A stretch of DNA of 64,000 nt, from the NCBI GenBank assembly GCA_965240325.2, contig OZ251250.1, positions 682,001-746,000 of the forward strand, given 5' to 3'. The position numbers and the translations under genes are program-made. A model generated the notes under the pieces. It searched no databases. It had not been told where the DNA came from and was given only the letters and a program-made list of their open reading frames with translations. This stretch comes from Rebecca billardiae RCC1528. Taxonomy: Eukaryota; Protista; Haptophyta. This document shows, piece by piece, positions 57,097 to 64,000 of this stretch. How positions within the stretch are numbered: position 1 is the first letter of the stretch; each line of letters opens with the position of its first letter.

Positions 57097-58318
57097 GGCC
57101 TGTTTTAATTCTACGAGAGCCCAACGGCGACATCCGCCAAAACGCGGCAAAATGGCGGCTACTGCTAGTGCTTGGCCGCTGGTGCGGTGCCGGCGCGATT
57201 GCGGAGTACTGATGGCACGTCGTTGGCGCATTCTCGTACTAGCGCGCTGACATGTAGCGACATATGTTGCCATGGCATGCTGCTTAGCCTTGCCTGGTGC
57301 TTCGCCCTGACACAGGGGCCAGTCGCGGCGCACGGTTGTGTGACGATCGTCGCCGAGGTGGCAGCTGCGGGCTTGCTGCAAGCTGCAGGCACTCTACCTT
57401 GGCTACGTCGCGCCCGTGTCAGTTGGCGACTCTGAACAGGTGATGAACAGATAGACTGCAATCGCCACCAGCTCTACAAGCTCCTCCGCCACTACTTTGT
57501 CGGGCTTGAGATGCTTCCGTTGCGTGCCGCTCGCATGCAGCTTGCCGCCTGCATTTGAACGTGATCGTGGCAGGCTGGTTGACGTGGATGCTCAGGCCTC
57601 GGCGGCGTAGACTGCGATAGGATGCGTGCAGCGCGCACTCATGACGCGCGGAAAGGCATGCACACGCGTTCTCGCGCATCTGGCAGGCTGCAGCCTTGGC
57701 CAAGATGAAGAACAAGCCTGCCAGTGCCTCGCCGCGCGAGCGCGAGCGCGCGGAGAATTCTGCGATCCGACCCATGGTGTTGGATGTACCTCGTGTGCGA
57801 TGACGACGAGGCGGACGAGCGCCGCAACTGGATTCGTGCACTCACCGGTCACCGAGGAGTGCACGAATCGCATTCCTCACGCACGTGGAGGCCGCCATCG
57901 GCCGTGAGAGGTACAAGCGGTCCTTGTTCCTTGTTCGCCGCATGATCGGCAATGCCAATGTAATATGACGATGTGCTTGCCTGGTAGTCAGGGTGGGTGG
58001 GTGGGAAGATTTGCCACAATGAATGCCCTTTGCTGCTGCGGCGCTGCGTGCCGCCATTTGCGGCAACCTCGTGCCTGCTGCTTGTGGCGATAATCGCTGA
58101 GCTCTGGGCTCTGAGTCCTGCTGCTCCGGATTCTGCGGCTGGATTTGCACAGCGCTTGCGTCTCCAGTACATTGCGGACCCCTTGTGAGCTTCGCGCCAG
58201 ACCCACCAAACCAACTGCACAACACATCCAACGCGGGGCGTGACACCGATTCCCACTGGCGGGCACGGGTTTGTCGCCGTGACATAGTAAATGGAATCTG
58301 GTAGAAATAAAACAGGCC
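57097..58318. mobile_element. Non-autonomous TIR element, 18-bp TIR, 4-bp TSD TGTA
   Basis: GGCCTGTTTTAATTCTAC (57097-57114) / GTAGAAATAAAACAGGCC (58301-58318), one mismatch. TGTA at 57093-57096 and 58319-58322. Confidence 0.78.
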
Positions 58319-59378
58319 TGTAGCTAGTCCGATTACTCTCGGGCCGGGCCCGCGCCGGCGCGCCGCCGCAGACGGATGGCCGGCAGTGATGGCCGCAGTC
58401 GTATATAGAGTGTCAGCAGAGATCGTCGTACCCGCCTACCCGCCCGTACTCCGGACCGTCTCATCCGTCTCATCTGACTCTGACACTCAGCAGTAGCAAG
58501 TATACGCGGCGATCGTCAGTATAGCTCTCGTCGCCGCCAGCATAATCGGGAGTGAGACCTTGAGGGACTCTATCTCGACGCTTCTGACTTCGGAGTCTGA
58601 CCGGCGGGGCGCTACGCTACTGTACTCTGCGTGTAGTCTATCATCTCGTCATCGGTCGTCCGCTCGGACATGCAGTCCCCGAGTCCGCGCCGCGGCGCCG
58701 CCGAGGCCGCCGCCTCGATCCAGCATATATATATATATATAGATATATGGCATGATGATGCCACGCGACGATGGGCTCGGTCACCGACGAGCTCCCGCGA
58801 GCACGGCGACCCGCGCCGTAAGGCGGGCCGTCCGCGCCTCGGATTTTGTTTGTCCGCTTCGCCGCTGGGGCGTTGAGTAGTCACTCATTCATCACTTAGT
58901 GGAGTGTGGTACGGACGAGACCGTTGTGCGCCAGCGCCTCAGTATATTATATTCATTCAGTAATTAATGCGCCTATATATATGCCGTAGGCGCGGCCGGC
59001 CCGCATCAATCGGCATCGTCATTAAAACCGCGCGTGATACTGCGGACCGGCGGACGGCCATAAGATCCGGACGATCAGGCAGGCTGATAGTGACGAATAA
59101 ATCAGTACTGTTGTACAATGATACAGTACCAAAGGTAGATCAGACTAGTAGTGTACAAACTACATGGTCAATCAATGGCCTCCTCACCGTCAGGTGACGA
59201 CCGCACGATGACGTATATCGGGCTCTGGCTTCGGTTGACCCCTGCCAGAGACGGGCACCGTGAGCTCCTTCATGACGTCACTCGTGAAAACTGCACAGGA
59301 GGACCTCAATGGATGCCTAGAAGCCCTAGATGATGACTTCAGAGCGATATTGGGCCAACAAGCACTTCCTAGCTATAG

Positions 59379-59517
59379 TTCAGACTCTATTTTCACTATG
59401 TATTTACCCATTTCAGACTCTGGTCAGAACACGGTCCGGGAGCGATCCGGATGCACCCGTAGCTATTGGAAAAATGTCACCGGACTGGGTAAATAGCTAT
59501 GAAAAATAGAGTCTGAA
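59379..59517. mobile_element. MITE-like ~140-bp inverted-repeat element
   Basis: TTCAGACTCTATTTTCA..TATTTACCCA / TGGGTAAATA..TGAAAAATAGAGTCTGAA. TSD unclear. Confidence 0.6.
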
Positions 59518-59773
59518 GTAGTCACAAACTGAGTTTCACACCCTGGGTGCCACTTAATTTAATTGGCCATCCATAGTAACCCTACTTGGAGCCCTGTGGG
59601 ACACTTCGGGCGTGCATTCGGCCGCAGGAATGCGAAGATCATTTTCGGTACGCCCGGTTTCTATGACCGGACTGGCAGGGGTCAACCGGAGCCAGAGCCA
59701 TCGGACAATGAAACTGAGACGAATCTGATCGCCGCTGCGCAGCGGCAGGTCGTTGTACCGTGTAGCGTCTTAA

Positions 59774-61127
59774 CCCCTATTGTGGAACGGACCCCTATTG
59801 TGGAACGGCGCCAGTTTTTCCTATGTAGAGCTCGGATGTCGCGGAGGCGATGAGATCGGCGGCTACCGCCATGTGCGCCTGGCCAAGGCGCGTCCAATGA
59901 GCCCAAGAACGTCGTCATAGCCCCGCCCCAGCGCCGTCCGCAGCCGATCGTTTGCTGGAGTCAGAGCTGAGAATCTGGTGTGAAAAAATGGTTTTCGGCT
60001 TCTGTAGGCCGAAGCTTCGGCCGGGAGGGCGCGCACGGTATTTTTGGGAGCTCCCCGAAAGCAGCCCGGGCAGGGAATCAAGCCGGCTTGCCGCTGCCGC
60101 ACTCGTGGATGGAGCGCGAGTGACACGAATTGGGTCAGGTCAGCATGGCTGATTCCTGGGTTGGAGGGTCGAGGACGCCCCGCCGCGGCGGGGGGCGGTG
60201 CGGCGGCGCGAGCTGACTGGTGGCGATGACGAACGCGTAGCCGAAGGTGCCGGACCGTCAGGCGACGCCCAACCCCGCAAAGCAGCTTCATCGCCTGCCG
60301 ACCGCGCGAGAGCCGCGCCGCACGAAGCGGCTGGGCGCGAGTGGACTACGACCCGCCGGATGCAGCCATCAGGGACTGTGTGTAGAGTGGGGAGCTGCGT
60401 GAGGGCACAGCTGTCGCTGACTTCGGCTCATACGCCGTGACAACGGGCCACGCTCTGTCGGATGGTGAAGGACCCGACCAGCCCGTCGAGGCCGCTGGGG
60501 CTGAAGCCGCGGCTGAGCGGCTGTGACGGTCGAGCAGATGCACACCAACTGGGTCGCGGAGATAGCGCTACTCGGCTTCGCGCCGACCACGCGGCAGGTC
60601 TGCATCGATGCGGCGCTTCTCTTCCTGCGTAGCGGCGCGCCCTTCTCGACGCTCTCCAGCATGCCCTGGAAGCGGTGGTGTCGGCGGCGGCTCAGGCGCC
60701 ACGCGAAGGCGAGCGAGCGTCGATGACGGACACGCTCGTCGACCGCATCACTCATTGTGGAGAGGGTTCGCGCGGGCAAGACGTGCCCCCCGGCGGCTGC
60801 GGGGTCGAGGGCGGGTGCCCACACCACCAGCGCGCCGGCGAGCGCCAGTGGGCCGACTGCGAACGCTCAGGAGCCAGCAGTGGCACCGTCCTGAGCGAGG
60901 AACCAAAATCGTTCCACAATAGGGGTCAGTCGACCCGTCGACGCACCCCGCGGGCGCGCGCGCGCGCGCGCGCGCGCGGGGGCGAGTTCCGAGCTCCGCA
61001 CCCTCAGAGGTGTATGGTCCCTTCGGTAGGACCCATGGCCAGTACCTGACACCTTAAGATCGCTCGCCGAGCCGCACTACCTCGCCCTAGGGGCGGAAAA
61101 CCCGAAAATCGTTCCACAATATAGGGG
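59774..61127. mobile_element. Non-autonomous piggyBac-like element (TTAA|CCCC...GGGG|TTAA)
   Basis: TTAA at 59770-59773 and 61128-61131. TIR CCCCTATTGTGGAACG with subterminal copies at 59791-59807 and 60910-60926. Confidence 0.78.
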
Positions 61128-61309
61128 TTAAGACGTTACGAATAATTATATAGAGCTAGTAATAAGAGTTGATGCCGCTACCGCGGCATTCCTCCCATTA
61201 ATGCACCCTTCTTCAATCGTCTACTTTCTCGTTATAGTCTGGTCTCTGGACTGAGAACACGGTTTCACGCCTACTCTATACTGTCTCTGGTGCCGTAGTC
61301 GGGCGTCGG

Positions 61310-62620
61310 CTAGGGCCTGGCAGGCTGCAGCGGTGGCAGAGTCTGCGCGAGGCGCGTCGGCGTCTGCACGTCCCCCGCGCCCGCAGGGCCCGGCTGAGCG
61401 GCGCTCCTGCCGAGGCCGAGGTTGCCTCCCTGCGCGCCGCTCGCGTACACGGCGCCGTCCGCGGTCACGAAGAGCGCATGGTTGCTGCGCAGCGCACAGT
61501 CCATCACGCGCTCGTCCGCGAGGGCAGTCATGCGCGCGGGTAGCGTGTTGTCGTGCTCAGCGCCGGAGGCCAGCCCAAACCACTGGACAGCGCAGAGGCT
61601 GCTGTTGCCCCTGTTACCCCACGCGTGCACGCTGCCATCTGTGCCCAACACCACACTTGCAGAGTCACCTGCGCAGGCACGCGTGGCGTGCACGCCCGCC
61701 AACGCCTCGATGCGCCGGGGCAAGCACTCGTCTGCTCGGCCACCGTGGCCAAGCTGGCCCTTGAACCCGTCCCCGAACGAGTGCACACGGCCGGCAGCGT
61801 CCACCACCAGGCTGTGCCCGAAGCCCGCGCTCACGTGCACAGCACACACGCCCACGAGCGCCTCGATGCGCCTCGGCGTGCGCTGCACTTTCCGGCCACC
61901 GTTGCCAAGCTGACCGTCGCCACTGCCGCCGCACGAGTAGACGGCGCCGTGTGCAGATAGAAGCAGCGTGTGATCGAAGCCCACGGCCACGCCGCCCACG
62001 GGCACGCCGTCCAGCGCCTCGATGCGCGTCGGCTCCGACCGATCCTTCGCGTCGCCGTGGCCGAGCTGGCCGCAATCGTTGTGGCCCCAGCTGTACGCAC
62101 AGCCCGAAGCGGTGAGCGCCAGGCTGTGGGCGCCTCCAGCCCCAACGCTGATCACCAACTCTCCCGACAGCGCCTCAACGGGCGTGAAAGTCCAGCGAAC
62201 ATCGTCATCGCCCAGCCCCAGCTGGCCGTAAGTGTTGTCGCCGCACGCGTACACGGCACCGCTGCCGCTGAGCGCGAGCAGGTGACGATGGCCAGCTGCC
62301 ACCGCAACCACGCGCACCGCTGAGAGCGAGGCCACGCGCGTTGGCACGAGCACGGGCGGCGCGTAGCTCCCCAGCCCGTGCCCAGTGGCGGCGGGCGCGC
62401 ACCACACCTGCTGACCGTCGTTCTCCTCCTCCTCCTCGTTTGTCTCACCGCACGTGTGCAGCCCGCCCTCCGCGTCCACAAACGCGCTGAAGTGGCGGCC
62501 GCACGCGACGACCGCCGTGTGCGCACGCACGCACGCGAGCACACGCTCGCGCTCACTTAGAGTCGACATGGGATCGGTCGACGTCTCGACAGCGCGTGCG
62601 AGCGGTGCTGTGCGCTCCAT
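61310..62620 (-). CDS. RCC1-repeat protein, paralogue of 51448-53304 lacking the RING/F-box segment
   Basis: Shares the N-terminus MERTAPLARAVET and long identical RCC1 stretches with the upstream copy. Confidence 0.88.
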   Translation of the reverse strand: MERTAPLARAVETSTDPMSTLSERERVLACVRAHTAVVACGRHFSAFVDAEGGLHTCGETNEEEEENDGQQVWCAPAATGHGLGSYAPPVLVPTRVASLSAVRVVAVAAGHRHLLALSGSGAVYACGDNTYGQLGLGDDDVRWTFTPVEALSGELVISVGAGGAHSLALTASGCAYSWGHNDCGQLGHGDAKDRSEPTRIEALDGVPVGGVAVGFDHTLLLSAHGAVYSCGGSGDGQLGNGGRKVQRTPRRIEALVGVCAVHVSAGFGHSLVVDAAGRVHSFGDGFKGQLGHGGRADECLPRRIEALAGVHATRACAGDSASVVLGTDGSVHAWGNRGNSSLCAVQWFGLASGAEHDNTLPARMTALADERVMDCALRSNHALFVTADGAVYASGAQGGNLGLGRSAAQPGPAGAGDVQTPTRLAQTLPPLQPARP

Positions 62621-63127
62621 GCCGGCGCGAACGTCGCGATGATCAGCTGCTAGGACACGCGAGGGCCGCGGCGTGCGACGGAGCGCTGCGCACCGGCCAC
62701 CGCCCGGGCCGGTCGGGAGCGGGGCGACGACTTACAAATCTTGTACGGTTGGCCATCCGGATTGTAGGATGTCCGGGCGGTGGATCCGGCAGCTGCAGTG
62801 GCAGTGATCACTGATCAGCGCCGGAGTCGAGGCCAAATCACTCACACCACCACACTTCCGTAGTCACCTGCGCAGGCACGCGTGACTACGTCGGAACTGT
62901 GGCAGACACAGCCCTGCCTGCGGCGGAGCCGGCGCGGCCGCAGGCGCTGCGCCGCCGCCCTCACACGGCTCCGCACAGCCCGATCAGCGCGCGGGCGCCC
63001 CCGGCTACGCCCACAGCTCTGCCACCGGCACCTGACAGCCCGTGCTCAGCCTCGCCTGCCGCCACCCAATCAGCATGGCCGTGCGCGCCCCCGCGCCGGC
63101 CGCGCGCCCGGCCGCGCGCAGAGCCGG

Positions 63128-63870
63128 TCACGGCGCCGGTCCGTCCTTGCCCTCAGCGAGCCCGACCGCGCCGCCGCCGCGCCCACGCCGGCTGTGCACC
63201 GAGTCCATGTCCCGGACTGAGTCGTTCTCCCCCTCCTCCGAGCCGGCGGTCGTGTCCTTCTCCTTCACGTACAGCACGGCCTGCGGGCACAGCCCCAGCT
63301 GCTCGAGCGATTTGGCGAGCTCGGCCGCGGCGAACTCGCGCCTCGGGAAGTGAGAGACCAGCGCGACGTCATATTCGTCCGCGGCGGCAGCCTCGACCCA
63401 GTCCACGACGAGCTGCGGGCGCGGGGCAGCGGCGCGGCGTGCAGCGGGCAGGCGGGGCGCGCAGGGAGTGCGGGGGCGTCGGCGATGAAGCGAGGACCCT
63501 GGCAGGGGCCGGTGCGTGTGCGCGTGCGCGCGCACACGGAACGAGGGCATGGCAGGCGCAAGGGCCGGACAGCCCAGTGCGAACGCCCTCGCGCGGTGCC
63601 CCGGCCGCGACGCCCGCGCGGCCCGCCCGGCGCGGGCCGCGCACCTGCAGCGGCGTGTCTTTGGCCCAGCGCCGGTCGAGCCTCCGGCCGTCCGGCAGCC
63701 GCACCGCCAGCCGGCAGATGTCCGGGCTCCCGGACTCTGGCTCTGGCGGCAGGCTCTCCGCCTTGCGTTGCCGAGCGGTCGCGCGCGCCGAGGCCTCCGC
63801 CTCCAGCTGCCGCTCCTCCTCCGCCGCGGCGCGCTCGGCCTCCTCCCGGGCCCTGCGCTCCGCCTCCTCC
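63128..63870 (-). CDS. UBX domain protein, 3' exons only (intron 63413-63644); gene probably continues toward or beyond the window end
   Basis: ICRLAVRLPDGRRLDRRWAKDTPLQ spliced to LVVDWV...LVSHFPRREF...SLEQLGLCPQAVLYV, giving the UBX R..FPR signature. Confidence 0.85.
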
Positions 63871-64000
63871 TGCGCGGCGGGCGGGCGCGGCGCGCAGCGC
63901 GGGGCAGCGTCAGGAGCGGCAGCGCGCTGCGGCGCATCCGCCCGGCGCCGTGCTGCGCCCCCGCAGGGCGGCGCGGCGGCGGCGGCGCGGCGCGCACCCG

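Overview
Very GC-rich eukaryotic nuclear DNA with GT-AG spliceosomal introns (GTGCGC donors, CGCAG acceptors), TTAGGG repeats and signal/plastid-type leaders. This suggests an alga, most plausibly a haptophyte (inference only). About 20 protein genes are supportable. In order: LtrA-like membrane protein, a 3-exon unknown gene, an EsV-1-7-type Cys/His repeat protein, an alpha-fucosyltransferase-like protein, an MsrB-MsrA fusion, an SGNH-like type II membrane protein, a large IQ-motif protein across a 100-N gap, a small membrane protein, gamma-tocopherol methyltransferase, RlmN, a small unknown gene, two sulfotransferases flanking an apyrase, a lysine methyltransferase, a cytochrome b561 protein, a 2OG-Fe(II) dioxygenase, two RCC1 paralogues, an HxxxD acyltransferase and the 3' end of a UBX gene. 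Intergenic DNA holds at least six non-autonomous TIR elements of different types, a ~50-bp dispersed repeat, loop-less palindromes and (TA)n tracts. No transposase, rRNA, tRNA or CRISPR array was recognised. The two most notable observations are (i) a 10 x 114-bp zinc-finger-like repeat array whose variation is concentrated in two short patches, as in PRDM9 or TALE arrays, and (ii) a fucosyltransferase whose motifs appear circularly permuted. All calls come from reading motifs by eye; no searches were run.
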